Origin: Promethearchaeota archaeon
Lineage (GTDB): Archaea > Asgardarchaeota > Lokiarchaeia > Sigyniarchaeales > SOKP01
DNA: 64,000 bases
Direction: 5' to 3'
Assembly (NCBI GenBank): GCA_011364925.1
Contig: RDOA01000009.1
Span: forward strand, 1-64,000
In this document: piece by piece, positions 29,564 through 40,431 of the stretch
Layout: the number at the start of each line of letters is the position of its first letter
Position numbering within the stretch: position 1 is the first letter of the stretch
Notes under the pieces: generated by a model
Seen by the model: only the letters and a program-made list of their open reading frames with translations
Databases searched by the model: none
What the model was told of the DNA's origin: nothing
Program-made: the position numbers and the translations under genes

Positions 29564-31447
29564 ATGGAAAATTATAGTAAAGCTAACATACCGAAACCAG
29601 AATATCCCAGACCTCAATTTGTCAGAGAGGGCAAATGGATTAATCTTAATGGAGAATGGAATTTTAGTTTTGATGATGCCAACATAGGTCTAAAAGAACG
29701 ATGGTACAAAAAGGAAAACTCGCAGTATTTCGAAAGAAAGATCATAGTTCCTTTTTGTTTCCAAAGTAAATTGAGTGGTATCGAAGATAATTCTTTTCAT
29801 GAAATTTTATGGTACAGCAGAGAATTTGTTATTCCTGAACAGCTTAGAAACAAGAAGGTATTACTCCATTTTGGAGCAATTGATTACAAAAGTATTATTT
29901 ATTTAAATGGTGAATATGTAGGCTCTCACGAAGGAGGGTATATCGGATTTTCGCTAGATATTACGAATTATCTTGAAGATATTAATACTTTGGTTGTTAG
30001 AGTGGAAGATCCAAGTCAGGATCTTGAGATTCCTAGAGGTAAGCAATTTTGGAAAAAAGATCCTGAGTTGATCTTTTATCCAAGAGTATCAGGTATATGG
30101 CAAACTGTTTGGTTAGAATTTATGGATCCCGAATTTCATATTGATTATCTAAAAATTATTCCAAATATCGATAAATCTGAAATCGTATTCGAGATTACTA
30201 TTCTTGGGATTGGAATTCCAAATTTAATGTTACAAGTTGAAATTATTTTTAAGAATCAGATCATTGCTCAAGAAGATATTAATCTAGATTTCATCGGGAA
30301 AATCGAACGGGGAAGAATTAAGAATGTATTAAAAGAGAGGATTGAAATTTTCCATAAGGATATGTTTTTTGAAAATCCTAATCGCTTTAAATTTAAAATA
30401 AAAATTCCAGAGGAAAATTTATTTCTTTGGGATATTGTTCATCCGAATTTATATGATTTAACGCTAAAGGTGCGAAATGAAGAAACCAACGATATTTATG
30501 ACGAAATTTCCAGTTATTTTGGCATAAGAACCATTTCAATATCGAATGACAGAAATAAGTCGCGACAGATTTTGCTAAATGGTAAACCGCTTTATCAAAA
30601 GTTGTTTTTAGTGCAAGGATACTGGCCTAATAGCTTATATACTCCCCCTTCTGATGAGGCTATTAAAAAAGATATTCAATATATTATCGATTTCGGATTC
30701 AATGGTCTAAGAACGCATCAGAAAGTCTTTGACTCTCGATTCTTATATTGGTGCGATAAAATGGGAGTTTTAGTGTGGGGAGAAATTGGTAATTCGTTTC
30801 GTTTCTCTGTGAAATCACAACTTAGACTTATTAACGAATTTGTAGCTGAAATTGAGCGAGATTTTAATCATCCATCGATAATTACTTGGGTTCCATTAAA
30901 CGAAGGATGGGGTATTTCTGGAGCAGAAAAAGACCCAAAAAGAGGTTATTTTACATCGTCATTGTACTTGCTAGTTAAATCAATCGATTCTACTCGATTA
31001 ATTATAGATGACGATGGATGGTGGCATACTGAAAATAATGATGTATGTACTCGACACTTATATCCCCCCAACGATATATTACCGGAAACATTAGAAGACG
31101 AATTAAAGAGTCATAGAAGGACTATTGAGAAAATTTATCTAAAATCATATCAATATAATGGAGAACCAGTTATTTATAGTGAAATAGGTGGAATTGGTTA
31201 TGATTTTAATGAGAATATAGAAAATAAGTGGGGTTATGGTAACTTAATCGAAGACGCTGAGACTTTTTTCGAAAAAGTGGTGGAATTGCTTAGAAAATTC
31301 GACGCGAGAAAAGATTGGATTCAAGGTTTTTGTTATACTGAGCTTTACGATCAATTTCAAGAAATCAATGGTTTATTAACTTTCGACCGAAAACCTAAAT
31401 TTCCCCCACATAAATTAAAAGAAAGATTAGATACTATGTTTTTTTAA
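29564..31447 (+). CDS. Glycoside hydrolase family 2
   Basis: PEYPRPQ, LNGEW, LHFGAIDY, SGIWQTVWLE, NHPSIITWVPLNEGWG, SEIGG, CYTELYD. Confidence 0.92.
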   Translation: MENYSKANIPKPEYPRPQFVREGKWINLNGEWNFSFDDANIGLKERWYKKENSQYFERKIIVPFCFQSKLSGIEDNSFHEILWYSREFVIPEQLRNKKVLLHFGAIDYKSIIYLNGEYVGSHEGGYIGFSLDITNYLEDINTLVVRVEDPSQDLEIPRGKQFWKKDPELIFYPRVSGIWQTVWLEFMDPEFHIDYLKIIPNIDKSEIVFEITILGIGIPNLMLQVEIIFKNQIIAQEDINLDFIGKIERGRIKNVLKERIEIFHKDMFFENPNRFKFKIKIPEENLFLWDIVHPNLYDLTLKVRNEETNDIYDEISSYFGIRTISISNDRNKSRQILLNGKPLYQKLFLVQGYWPNSLYTPPSDEAIKKDIQYIIDFGFNGLRTHQKVFDSRFLYWCDKMGVLVWGEIGNSFRFSVKSQLRLINEFVAEIERDFNHPSIITWVPLNEGWGISGAEKDPKRGYFTSSLYLLVKSIDSTRLIIDDDGWWHTENNDVCTRHLYPPNDILPETLEDELKSHRRTIEKIYLKSYQYNGEPVIYSEIGGIGYDFNENIENKWGYGNLIEDAETFFEKVVELLRKFDARKDWIQGFCYTELYDQFQEINGLLTFDRKPKFPPHKLKERLDTMFF

Positions 31448-31522
31448 ACTAATTTTATATTTATTACAGAATAATAGATATTAAGGTTAGATCAGTTAAG
31501 AATTAATGAGATTGAAAGTCGT

Positions 31523-32338
31523 ATGGCAAGACCTCTCTGGTTTGTTAAATTATTAGAAAAAACTTTTCCAAACATTAAACTAATTGCTAAATTAACAAGG
31601 ATTCCAATATTGAGAAAAATCCTTGATTTATTACTTTTTGAAGGAGACAACCTTATTTATTTGACAAAGGACAAGGTTATTTCAATAAATCAAGAAGTCG
31701 AAAAGCAAGCGGAAATGGTATTACCTTCAAAAGTTTTAGAACACTTTATAGAAAAAGCAAACTATCATTGGATAATGAATTTTTGTATATGTCGAGAATC
31801 AATGCGTTGTAAGGATTACCCAATCGAACTAGGATGTTTATTTCTCGGGGAAGCCGTTTTAGGTATTAATCCTCAATTAGGACGGCGTGTAACAAAGGAA
31901 GAAGCACTTGAACACTTACGAAAATGTAAAGAGGCGGGATTGGTACACATGATTGGAAGAAATCTTTTAGATAAGCAATGGTTGGGCGTAAATCCTGGGC
32001 ATAAACTTCTAAGCATATGCAACTGCGACCCATGTTGCTGCTTATGGAGAATCTCTTCCATCATTTCTCCTAAGATTGGTTCTAAGGTACAGAGAATGCC
32101 TGGTGTGAGCGTGAAAGTCACAGAAAATTGTATAGGGTGCGGGATCTGCATGCAAGATATATGTTTTGTAGATGCTATCCATATGGTCAATAATCATGCA
32201 AGAATTAGTAAAGAATGTAAAGGTTGCGGACGTTGCGTTGAATTATGTCCCCAAAATGCTATTGAACTCGTGATAGACGATAAAGAATTTGTTAAAAAAT
32301 CAATTGAACAAATTGAAAAACTCGTTGATGTCACCTAG
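31523..32338 (+). CDS. 4Fe-4S binding protein
   Basis: CICR, ICNCDPCCC and two C-terminal ferredoxin motifs; same architecture as the C-terminal part of 2929-4077. Confidence 0.85.
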   Translation: MARPLWFVKLLEKTFPNIKLIAKLTRIPILRKILDLLLFEGDNLIYLTKDKVISINQEVEKQAEMVLPSKVLEHFIEKANYHWIMNFCICRESMRCKDYPIELGCLFLGEAVLGINPQLGRRVTKEEALEHLRKCKEAGLVHMIGRNLLDKQWLGVNPGHKLLSICNCDPCCCLWRISSIISPKIGSKVQRMPGVSVKVTENCIGCGICMQDICFVDAIHMVNNHARISKECKGCGRCVELCPQNAIELVIDDKEFVKKSIEQIEKLVDVT

Positions 32339-32372
32339 TTTTATATCTTATCCTTCCTAATTCTTTAATGAA

Positions 32373-33500
32373 ATGAGGATTAAGAACTTTAAATTGGAGG
32401 AGTATTTCGCGAAATACGAGTTTAATGTTGAATATTCGCTATGTTCCTCAGATTGTGAATCATTTAGCGTAGATGAATTATTGACCTTAGAAAAAGAATC
32501 AATAGATGATCTTAAGAAAGTTTGGTTAGGATACACCGAATCTACTGGTAATCCGTTATTAAGGGAAAAAATTTCTCAGATATATAGTAATATTAACCCT
32601 GAGGAGGTAATTGTGTTTAGTGGGGCTGAAGAAGCGATTTTTGTTTTGATGAATGTTCTTTTAAACAAAGACGATCATCTAATCGTTCAATATCCTGCTT
32701 ATCAATCTCTCTACGAAATTGCTACGGCTATTGGATGCAAAGTGACTAAATGGTTAATGGATGAGGAGAAACATTGGGAACTCAATCTACAATTTTTAGA
32801 ATCGAGCATAACATCTTCTACAAAATGTATTGTAGTTAATTTCCCTCATAATCCCAGTGGTTTCTTGCCTACTAAAGATTTCTACAAAAAATTAATTAAT
32901 ATCGCTCAAGAGCATAATATTTATTTACTTTCTGACGAAGTCTATAAATTTTTAGAGTATGTTAAAGCTGATAGATTACCATCTGCTTGCGATCTCTACG
33001 ATAAAAGTTGCTCTATAGGAGTCATGTCAAAATCTTACGGTTTAGCCGGATTGAGAATTGGTTGGCTAGCGACGAGAGATAAAGCACTCTATAAGAAAAT
33101 TGCTTCATTCAAAAATTATACAACAATTTGTAATAGTGCCTTGAGTGAATTTTTTGCTATCTTAGCTCTACGCAACAGAAATAAGATTTTAAAGAGAAAT
33201 CTGGAAATTATTAATCGTAATTTAATCCTCTTAGATAGCTTTTTTAATAAGTATGATAAAATATTTGCTTGGATAAAACCTAGAGCAGGTTCTATAGCTT
33301 TCCCAAGGCTACTTATAGGAGATACTGTAGAAGATTTCTGCTTAGGTCTCCTGAAAGAAAAAAGTGTGTTGTTGATGCCAAGTACTAACTATGAATATGG
33401 TAATCGTCACTTTAGAATCGGATTTGGAAGGAAAAATATGCCAGAAGCATTACAGAAGTTAGAGGAATATCTAAAAGAACAATACAAAGAATATCTTTGA
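32373..33500 (+). CDS. PLP-dependent aminotransferase class I/II
   Basis: NFPHNPSG, SDEVY, SKSYGLAGLRIGW, FRIGFG. Confidence 0.9.
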   Translation: MRIKNFKLEEYFAKYEFNVEYSLCSSDCESFSVDELLTLEKESIDDLKKVWLGYTESTGNPLLREKISQIYSNINPEEVIVFSGAEEAIFVLMNVLLNKDDHLIVQYPAYQSLYEIATAIGCKVTKWLMDEEKHWELNLQFLESSITSSTKCIVVNFPHNPSGFLPTKDFYKKLINIAQEHNIYLLSDEVYKFLEYVKADRLPSACDLYDKSCSIGVMSKSYGLAGLRIGWLATRDKALYKKIASFKNYTTICNSALSEFFAILALRNRNKILKRNLEIINRNLILLDSFFNKYDKIFAWIKPRAGSIAFPRLLIGDTVEDFCLGLLKEKSVLLMPSTNYEYGNRHFRIGFGRKNMPEALQKLEEYLKEQYKEYL

Positions 33501-33509
33501 ATAATATTC

Positions 33510-34406
33510 TTATATTTCAATCCCATTCATTTTCGCGAGAACCTTATAGAGTCCATGACTGCCCATATTCTCTAAACCTAAAGCCATAGCGTACATATAA
33601 AATTGATAAGCGAGAGCGAGCCCTGGTAAAGACAAGTGCATATTACTTGCTTCCTTTAGTGCGATCCCCATATCTTTCACAAAATGTTTAATAAAAAATC
33701 CTGGTTCAAAATTACCATTGGCAATCCTAGGACCTAAATTGTTTATTGACCAACAACCTGCTGCTCCTTTTCCTATAACATTAATTACTTCCTCTAAGTC
33801 GTTTCCTGCTTTATGAGCGTATAAAAGGGATTCAACAGTTCCTATCATAGTGGAGGCTATGAGAATTTGATTACTCATTTTAGTATGTTGACCCGCTCCC
33901 GCTTTACCCATATAGGAAAGGTTTTCTCCCATCAATTCAAAAAAAGGCAAAACTTTTTCGTACGTCTCTTTATCACCACCAATCATTATAGCGAGTTTAC
34001 CACTTCTGGCTCCAACATCTCCTCCAGAAACTGGTGCATCTAAAGATGACACTCCTATTTTTTTTGCTTCTTTATATATTTTTTGGGCTAGTGAGGGCTC
34101 AGAAGTCGTCATATCGACTACTATTGAACCATTTTTTATCGATTTTAAAATTCCATTTTCTCCTAAATATACTTCTTCTACATCATTAGGGAATCCGACA
34201 ATTGTAAACACAATATCGCTTTTTTCTGCAATTTCTCTAGTATTCGAGCACCAATTTGCACCCATGTTAACTAATTCTTTAGCTTTTTCTTTGGTCCGAT
34301 TATACACATTAATCTGATACCCTGCGGTTAAAATGTGATTACACATAGATTTTCCCATAACTCCAGTTCCTATCCAACCTACTTTCTCATTCATATCTCT
34401 CATCAT
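33510..34406 (-). CDS. 3-hydroxyisobutyrate dehydrogenase/tartronate semialdehyde reductase family oxidoreductase
   Basis: GWIGTGVMG, LDAPVSGG, GQHTKMSNQ, KDMGIAL. Confidence 0.92.
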   Translation of the reverse strand: MMRDMNEKVGWIGTGVMGKSMCNHILTAGYQINVYNRTKEKAKELVNMGANWCSNTREIAEKSDIVFTIVGFPNDVEEVYLGENGILKSIKNGSIVVDMTTSEPSLAQKIYKEAKKIGVSSLDAPVSGGDVGARSGKLAIMIGGDKETYEKVLPFFELMGENLSYMGKAGAGQHTKMSNQILIASTMIGTVESLLYAHKAGNDLEEVINVIGKGAAGCWSINNLGPRIANGNFEPGFFIKHFVKDMGIALKEASNMHLSLPGLALAYQFYMYAMALGLENMGSHGLYKVLAKMNGIEI

Positions 34407-34494
34407 TATACTTAGATTATTTCACAGATAACACTATTATTATTAAGATAAGCAAATTTCTAAACTTTGCTTATTGAACCTACTTAATTTTAAC

Positions 34495-35943
34495 TTACTG
34501 CCAAAACAGATTTCCTTTTTTGACATTTTCAATCCTGGTTCTATGTTTAAGTGCAGATACTGCTTGAACAGCTTCTTTAATTGAGTGAAAAACGGGAATA
34601 TAAGCGAGTTCCAGAGACTCGATGATTAGAGTATATTTTTGAACATAAGGAACAAAACATACTACGGGTTTATTTTTTGCTGATACAACATTTGCTATCC
34701 TTCGACCGATTTGAAATGAGATATTCGGAGGATAGGGGAGAAGCAGTAGTATAATTCCTTCAATACGTTCAATATCTGATAAATATCTTATTACATTTTC
34801 AATATCTGTGTCAATTACAGAACCTGTTAAGTCAATTGGATTGTTAAAAGAAGCTATATCCCTTGATGAAGGATTTATTAACTCTTTTAGATCTTTTTTC
34901 TCTTGTCTTTCAATATGAACCGCATTCAAACCGTAACTTTTGAGCATATCAGACGCAATGACACCATGTCCCCCAGATACAGATACAATTACAACATTTC
35001 CGTATGTTATAACATTTTTTCCAAAAGGATTTTTTCGATGGGATAGAATATCATATACTTTTAAGCATGTTAATAGCTCTCGTTCTGAGTTAGGGTGAAT
35101 TATTTGATATTGCCTCAACGCAGCGCTTAAAATTTTATAGTCTCCTGCTAAACTGGCAGTGTGTGATTGAGTAGCAACTTTTCCTTCTCTAGTTTTCCCT
35201 CCAAAAAAAGTAACTACAGTATCTTCAGACTCTTTAGCTAATTGTAAAAATTGTCTCGCCTTACCTTCTTTGAATCCCTCCAAATAGAAAGCAATGTTTG
35301 AAGTCTCACGGTCAACCTTACTAAAATACTCTAATAACATTACTTCATCGACAACGGCGCGGTTTCCAATTGAAACTGCTGTTGATACTCCTATGTTTCT
35401 CTCACTAAATTTTACAAAAAATTGATCAACTAAAACCCCTCCCGATTGGCTAATTAAAGCTACAGATCCTTTTGGAGGTCGAGTGATTCGTTCTGTAGGT
35501 AAAAATATCGTATCAACAGTAGGACTCGCGTAAACTCCTAAGCAATTTGGACCAAGTACTGCAATATCATTATCAAACGCAAGCTTTTCAAGATATTGTT
35601 GTCTTTTTTTTCCCTTTCCGCCAATTTCAGCAAATCCGCCACCAATAATAACGCACGAAGGGATATTTAAATCAACACAGTCTTGAACATAGTCTAAGGT
35701 ATCATCAGGTCCAACAGCAATTACTAATAAGTCAGGAATCTCGGGTAACTTGTCTAATTTTTCATATAGTTTGATCCCTTCAATGTCTCCCCCAGTTGGA
35801 TAGATACCATACACTTCTACTTCCATTTCAAATTCATTCTTTAATAAAACAATTCTTCCAGGACTCAATGGATTCTTTTTCGAAATTCCGACAACAGCCA
35901 TCGATTTTGGTTTAAAGAGTTTTTCTAAATTCATTTCAAGCAC
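34495..35943 (-). CDS. ADP-forming acyl-CoA synthetase alpha subunit
   Basis: GGFAE, LGPNCLG, SQSGG, YLEG, SHTASLAG (phospho-His), NPIDLTG. Confidence 0.9.
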   Translation of the reverse strand: MLEMNLEKLFKPKSMAVVGISKKNPLSPGRIVLLKNEFEMEVEVYGIYPTGGDIEGIKLYEKLDKLPEIPDLLVIAVGPDDTLDYVQDCVDLNIPSCVIIGGGFAEIGGKGKKRQQYLEKLAFDNDIAVLGPNCLGVYASPTVDTIFLPTERITRPPKGSVALISQSGGVLVDQFFVKFSERNIGVSTAVSIGNRAVVDEVMLLEYFSKVDRETSNIAFYLEGFKEGKARQFLQLAKESEDTVVTFFGGKTREGKVATQSHTASLAGDYKILSAALRQYQIIHPNSERELLTCLKVYDILSHRKNPFGKNVITYGNVVIVSVSGGHGVIASDMLKSYGLNAVHIERQEKKDLKELINPSSRDIASFNNPIDLTGSVIDTDIENVIRYLSDIERIEGIILLLLPYPPNISFQIGRRIANVVSAKNKPVVCFVPYVQKYTLIIESLELAYIPVFHSIKEAVQAVSALKHRTRIENVKKGNLFWQ

Positions 35944-36065
35944 AAGGTGAAATCTAAAATATATTAGTGTACAGATTTCTATAATATTTAATTTTGTCTT
36001 TGAAATATGTGATAAATCAATTCTCCTCTTATATAAAGTGTTGATGGTTAAATGGGATTTCCCAG

Positions 36066-36187
36066 AGTTTAAAATTCAATACTTTTGACAATACTGTTAA
36101 AATCTCGCTGTTTAACTATTCATTATAGTTTAAAATTCAATAGTTTTGACACTACTGTTAAAATCTTACTGCTTAACTATTTATTAT
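36066..36187. repeat. Tandem 61-bp duplication with internal palindrome in a divergent promoter region
   Basis: Copies at 36066 and 36127; each contains TTTTGACA-N4-TGTTAAAA. Confidence 0.9.
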
Positions 36188-36243
36188 CTGTAAAATTGAA
36201 TAAATTTAATAAAAAATTTGTAACTTATTTCAAAGTGATAATT

Positions 36244-37632
36244 TTGAGCGAAAAAGGAAAGAAAACGGGAAGAATTGCAGCGGTTTTTAGCTTTGGGAAT
36301 ATCGCGGATATAACAGCTTATCAATCCTTCATACTTTTGATTTTCACATTCTATTATTCCGTTGTTGGAATTCAAATTGAACTTGTTACTATCGGATTTA
36401 TTATCTGGTCATTTTGGAACATGATAAATGACCCAATATTGGGTTATATTTCTGATAGAACTCATACAAAATATGGACGACGCAGACCATGGGTTATGAT
36501 TGCTTTCATTCCATTATCAATTATAATGATATTCTTGTTTACGCCTCTTTTACCCATTGGGATTGCAAACCAAATCGGAAATTTTGCTTACTTTCTCATT
36601 ATAATTATTGTTTTTGAGCTATTTTACACAATGTATAGTTTAAATGTAACATCAATGTTTCCAGAAGTTTTTTTATCCCAAAAAGAAAGAACTCAAGCGA
36701 ATAATATCCGAGCAGTATATACAATTATAGGATTGATTGTCGCTTTTCTTCTTCCAGGAATGATTATACAAGATTTCACAGATGCCACATATCTCAATCA
36801 ATACCAAGCTTTTGGTGCAATTGCTTGTACTGTTATTGCAATCACAGCGCTCATATTTTTAATGTTTGGTCCTAAAGAAAAGGAAGAATTTCAAAAGGAT
36901 TACGAGAATGCTTTCAGCTTTGGCAAATCTATCATATATTGTATTAAAAGTAAATCTTTTAGATGGTATATAATAGCAGAACTATGTAATTGGGCTGTTT
37001 ATGGAATGCTTCCGACAATAGTACCGTTATATGCAAAGTTTGTGCTTGGTGCCGAAGGATTTATGACTTCTTTACTATTAGGTTTAACTTTTATTTCAGC
37101 AGCGTTATTTATGACAGTATTATGGAAACCTGTAGTAAGGAGGTGGGGGAATAAAAGAGCATGGATCTTATCTATGTCAATATGGGCAGCTTCATTGCTA
37201 CCCTTAATGTTTATCTCTGATTATATCTCTGGTATGGTCGTGTTCTTTTTAATCGGTATAGGATTATCAGGTTCGCTATATATTATAGATTTAATTGTTG
37301 CGGATATTATCGATGAAGACGAAGTTTCAACAGGAATAAGGAGAGAGGCTGGTTATTATGGGGTAAACGCTTTAATATTGAGATTTTCAAATGTAATAGT
37401 AATTGTCGCAATAGGAACTGTCTTATCTACTGTCGGTTGGCAAGTTTTTGAACCGTCTATGGTGACTCCAAGTGTATTATTTGGATTAAGATCACTAATG
37501 TTCATCTTCCCTGCAATTGCATTACTTATTGCTATATTAGCTATGACTCAGTATCCCCTGCATGGAGAAAGACTCAAAGATGTCAAACTTAAGCGCGAGG
37601 AAATACATCAACAGAAGAAGGCAAGAATTTAA
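36244..37632 (+). CDS. MFS transporter, GPH (glycoside-pentoside-hexuronide) family
   Basis: NDPILGYISDRT.TKYGRRRPW, ADIIDEDE..TG.RREAGYYG; TTG 36244 preferred because the ORF-track extension runs through the 61-bp repeat. Confidence 0.9.
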   Translation: MSEKGKKTGRIAAVFSFGNIADITAYQSFILLIFTFYYSVVGIQIELVTIGFIIWSFWNMINDPILGYISDRTHTKYGRRRPWVMIAFIPLSIIMIFLFTPLLPIGIANQIGNFAYFLIIIIVFELFYTMYSLNVTSMFPEVFLSQKERTQANNIRAVYTIIGLIVAFLLPGMIIQDFTDATYLNQYQAFGAIACTVIAITALIFLMFGPKEKEEFQKDYENAFSFGKSIIYCIKSKSFRWYIIAELCNWAVYGMLPTIVPLYAKFVLGAEGFMTSLLLGLTFISAALFMTVLWKPVVRRWGNKRAWILSMSIWAASLLPLMFISDYISGMVVFFLIGIGLSGSLYIIDLIVADIIDEDEVSTGIRREAGYYGVNALILRFSNVIVIVAIGTVLSTVGWQVFEPSMVTPSVLFGLRSLMFIFPAIALLIAILAMTQYPLHGERLKDVKLKREEIHQQKKARI

Positions 37633-37746
37633 AAATTTTAAATTAACTTTTTTTATTTTTAATCGATAAGAATTATCTTTTAATTTATTGATTAAAAGTA
37701 TTTGAATAAAAAATAGAGAAGAAAATAAAAAGATTAAGAAAAAAAA

Positions 37747-38634
37747 TCAGAATTCGTATCCACATTTCTTACATACATGCTTTTTAGCGTACATGGGTAT
37801 GTGGCCTACGTACGATAAAACTTTAGTTTTATCTTCAATTTGCTTAATTGCGTTACCAGTAGATCCGCACATAGGGCAGGTTGTTCTTTCTTCACTAGCA
37901 AAACCACCTGAACCCAATTCTGGAGGTTTCAGTTCTGTTAGTTCACTTTCAACTTCTTCTAAGTGAGCAGTCTGAGCGCTGATTAGTTTTTCCTTATCGC
38001 CTACCAAATCGGTAAGTTCTTGAATTTTCGTGTCTTTTTGAAGTAAAATGTTATTTAAGTCCGTTAATTGATTGTTTAGGGATGTGTTTTCGTCTTGAGT
38101 AATGGTCAGTTTGTTATTTAATTCTTGAATTTCGGCAGTTAATTCATCGTGTTCTTCTTTACTCTCTGAAGCAGTTCCTTCTAAACCTTGTATTTGAGAT
38201 TTAGAATTTTCTAATTCAGAAGAGAGATCTGAGATTGTACCGCCAAGTTCCTCGATTTTTCCTTCAAGCTCGCTTATTTTAGAGTTTGCGCTATCGAGTT
38301 TAGGGATTAACGCTTCAAGTTCGCTTATTTTAGTGTTTGCGCTATTCAGATCAGCGGAAGTTTGAACCAATTTTGATTTAGTATCACTAAGTTCTGCTTT
38401 CGTGCTATCCAGAGTTGTTTTTGTGTTTTTTACTTCGTTTGTAGTACTTTCAAGGCTAGTGCCCGTAGATTTAAGAGTACTCTGTGTTTTATTTAAATCG
38501 TTTTTTGTGTCCGTCAGTTGCTTTTCTAAATCGTTAACTTTAGCGCGTAAATCTAACAGAAAACGGCCCTCAACTTTCTGACCTTTATCAGGATGTTCTT
38601 CAGCTTTTTGCCAATCTATCGAAATTTTTCTCAC
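37747..38634 (-). CDS. Long coiled-coil protein with C-terminal Zn ribbon
   Basis: About 200 aa of heptad repeats; CPMC...CKKC at the C-terminus. Confidence 0.8.
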   Translation of the reverse strand: MRKISIDWQKAEEHPDKGQKVEGRFLLDLRAKVNDLEKQLTDTKNDLNKTQSTLKSTGTSLESTTNEVKNTKTTLDSTKAELSDTKSKLVQTSADLNSANTKISELEALIPKLDSANSKISELEGKIEELGGTISDLSSELENSKSQIQGLEGTASESKEEHDELTAEIQELNNKLTITQDENTSLNNQLTDLNNILLQKDTKIQELTDLVGDKEKLISAQTAHLEEVESELTELKPPELGSGGFASEERTTCPMCGSTGNAIKQIEDKTKVLSYVGHIPMYAKKHVCKKCGYEF

Positions 38635-38822
38635 TCTCTTGTACGATTATTGATTTAATTTGTAGGTTGTATTATTTTTTATTATATTGTATATAATGGA
38701 TCTATTTTAAAAATCTATTTTAAAATAAATTAATAATGTATAATAACAATTGTGTAAAATTTATTTAACTTACGGTTGTTATAATATAATAATAGCGATT
38801 CATCTGTTTATTGTGAATTAAT

Positions 38823-39686
38823 GTGGAAAGAGAAGAAGATTTAAAAATTAACTTAGAATTTATATCAACCTCTGGAGTTTACAAAACTCCTTTCTCTTTA
38901 ATAATCATCGTTCAGTTATTTATCGGAGGATTAGTATTGTTGGTTATTAATTTGTGGTTTATAAATAGTCTTTATTATCTTTTAACAGGTACAGAATTTT
39001 ATTCATTTGGATTAAAAGCAGAATGGTATTATTGGCTACTGCTTCCTCTAAACATTTATGGCAATATTTTTCTATTTGTATTTACTGTTATTTTATTTTC
39101 GGCGAGCATTTTTAAGTTATTAAATTTAATTTCAAAACCTAAAGAAGGAGTGTTTGTAAGAGGGAGTAAAGAGTGGAAGTATATGCATAGACGATTTTGG
39201 ACCGTTTATTTTCCCATTTGGTTAGCTCGAGCCCTTCCTTTACCTTGGCTCGACATAATTGCTTATAGATTTTTTGGTACCCGCGTAGGAAAAAGCGTTG
39301 TTCTATACGAAGGATATATAGATCCAGAGTTTGTAGAAATCGGTGATTTTACTATGACATCACTCAATATTTGCATTTTTTCTCATCTAATCTATCATGA
39401 CAAGGTGATTATTAAGAAAGTAAAAATTGGTAAAGCGTGTGTTGTAGGACCTCACACTATTGTCTCTCCGGGCACTGTTATGGAAGATTTTGCGGTGTTG
39501 GGTGTAAATAGTTATACAAAGATTAACCAAAATCTAAAAGGGAATTTAATCCATGTGGGCACACCAGTAAGTATTACACTGCCTATTCAATCAGTAGAAG
39601 AATCTCAACAGAAAGCTGTAAAGGTAAAAGAAGATATTACTAATTCTGAAGGAGCTCCACTTGATTCAAATTTAAAGGAGGTTTGA
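38823..39686 (+). CDS. Membrane protein with hexapeptide-repeat (left-handed beta-helix) acyltransferase-like domain
   Basis: Two hydrophobic segments, PKEG, FFGTRVGK, VKIGKACVVG..TIVSPG. Confidence 0.75.
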   Translation: MEREEDLKINLEFISTSGVYKTPFSLIIIVQLFIGGLVLLVINLWFINSLYYLLTGTEFYSFGLKAEWYYWLLLPLNIYGNIFLFVFTVILFSASIFKLLNLISKPKEGVFVRGSKEWKYMHRRFWTVYFPIWLARALPLPWLDIIAYRFFGTRVGKSVVLYEGYIDPEFVEIGDFTMTSLNICIFSHLIYHDKVIIKKVKIGKACVVGPHTIVSPGTVMEDFAVLGVNSYTKINQNLKGNLIHVGTPVSITLPIQSVEESQQKAVKVKEDITNSEGAPLDSNLKEV

Positions 39687-39689
39687 AAG

Positions 39690-40427
39690 TTGTTCCAACC
39701 AGCTAGCTTGAAGGGTGAATCCCCAGTACCCATTGATGAACGAATCAGAAATAGGTATTTATTACTCTATATCTTAATTATTATCCTAAGTTTCATTCCA
39801 TGCTCTCTTTTTGAATATTGGTATGTAGTTTATTTATGGAATGAGACACTTATTTGGTTGTTTTTTTTGTTTCTCCTCCTTAACGCGCTAGGAGCAATCT
39901 ATATAGTGCAATTTAGTGCGTTATTAACTTCAGTTTTAATCTTGAAAGTTGTAAATCTTATTCATTCCCCAAAAGAGGGAATATTTAAGCGATCCTTAGA
40001 AGATCGCGATTATCTCTTTTGGAACATCAGAAACATAATCAAAAAGTGGCCATTATACATTATAGCTTCAAATCCATTTCCTTGGTTTAAAAATCGTTTT
40101 ACCCTAAGGTTTTTTGGAGTGAAAATTGGAAGAGGAACTATTTGCGATAACAGCTGGATATCGTCAGAATTCGTTTCAATTGGAAAAAATGTCATTATAG
40201 GAATGAACTCATCGATTCTAAGTTTTGGAATTGAACAAGAGAATTTTATTCTGAAGAAAGTAAGAGTCGAAAATAATGTGCTTATCGGGGCAAAGTGTGT
40301 TCTTTTACCTGGTACGATTGTAAGACAAAACGCACGCCTTTCAGCTCATTCTTATACAAATCATAATGCTGTTTTAGAAGAAAACTTAATTTATACAGGA
40401 CACCCTGCTAAAATACAAAACGATTAG
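39690..40427 (+). CDS. Membrane protein with hexapeptide-repeat acyltransferase-like domain (paralog of the preceding gene)
   Basis: Two hydrophobic segments, PKEG, FFGVKIGR, VENNVLIGAKCVLLPG, GHPAK. Confidence 0.75.
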   Translation: MFQPASLKGESPVPIDERIRNRYLLLYILIIILSFIPCSLFEYWYVVYLWNETLIWLFFLFLLLNALGAIYIVQFSALLTSVLILKVVNLIHSPKEGIFKRSLEDRDYLFWNIRNIIKKWPLYIIASNPFPWFKNRFTLRFFGVKIGRGTICDNSWISSEFVSIGKNVIIGMNSSILSFGIEQENFILKKVRVENNVLIGAKCVLLPGTIVRQNARLSAHSYTNHNAVLEENLIYTGHPAKIQND

Positions 40428-40431
40428 AAAT

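Noticed and set aside
36066-36187. CRISPR array or transposon ends
   Set aside because: Only two directly abutting copies, no spacers, and no cas or transposase genes
36085-36243. ORF-track N-terminal extension of the MFS transporter
   Set aside because: It runs through the non-coding 61-bp repeat; TTG 36244 with upstream GTGAT is a better start
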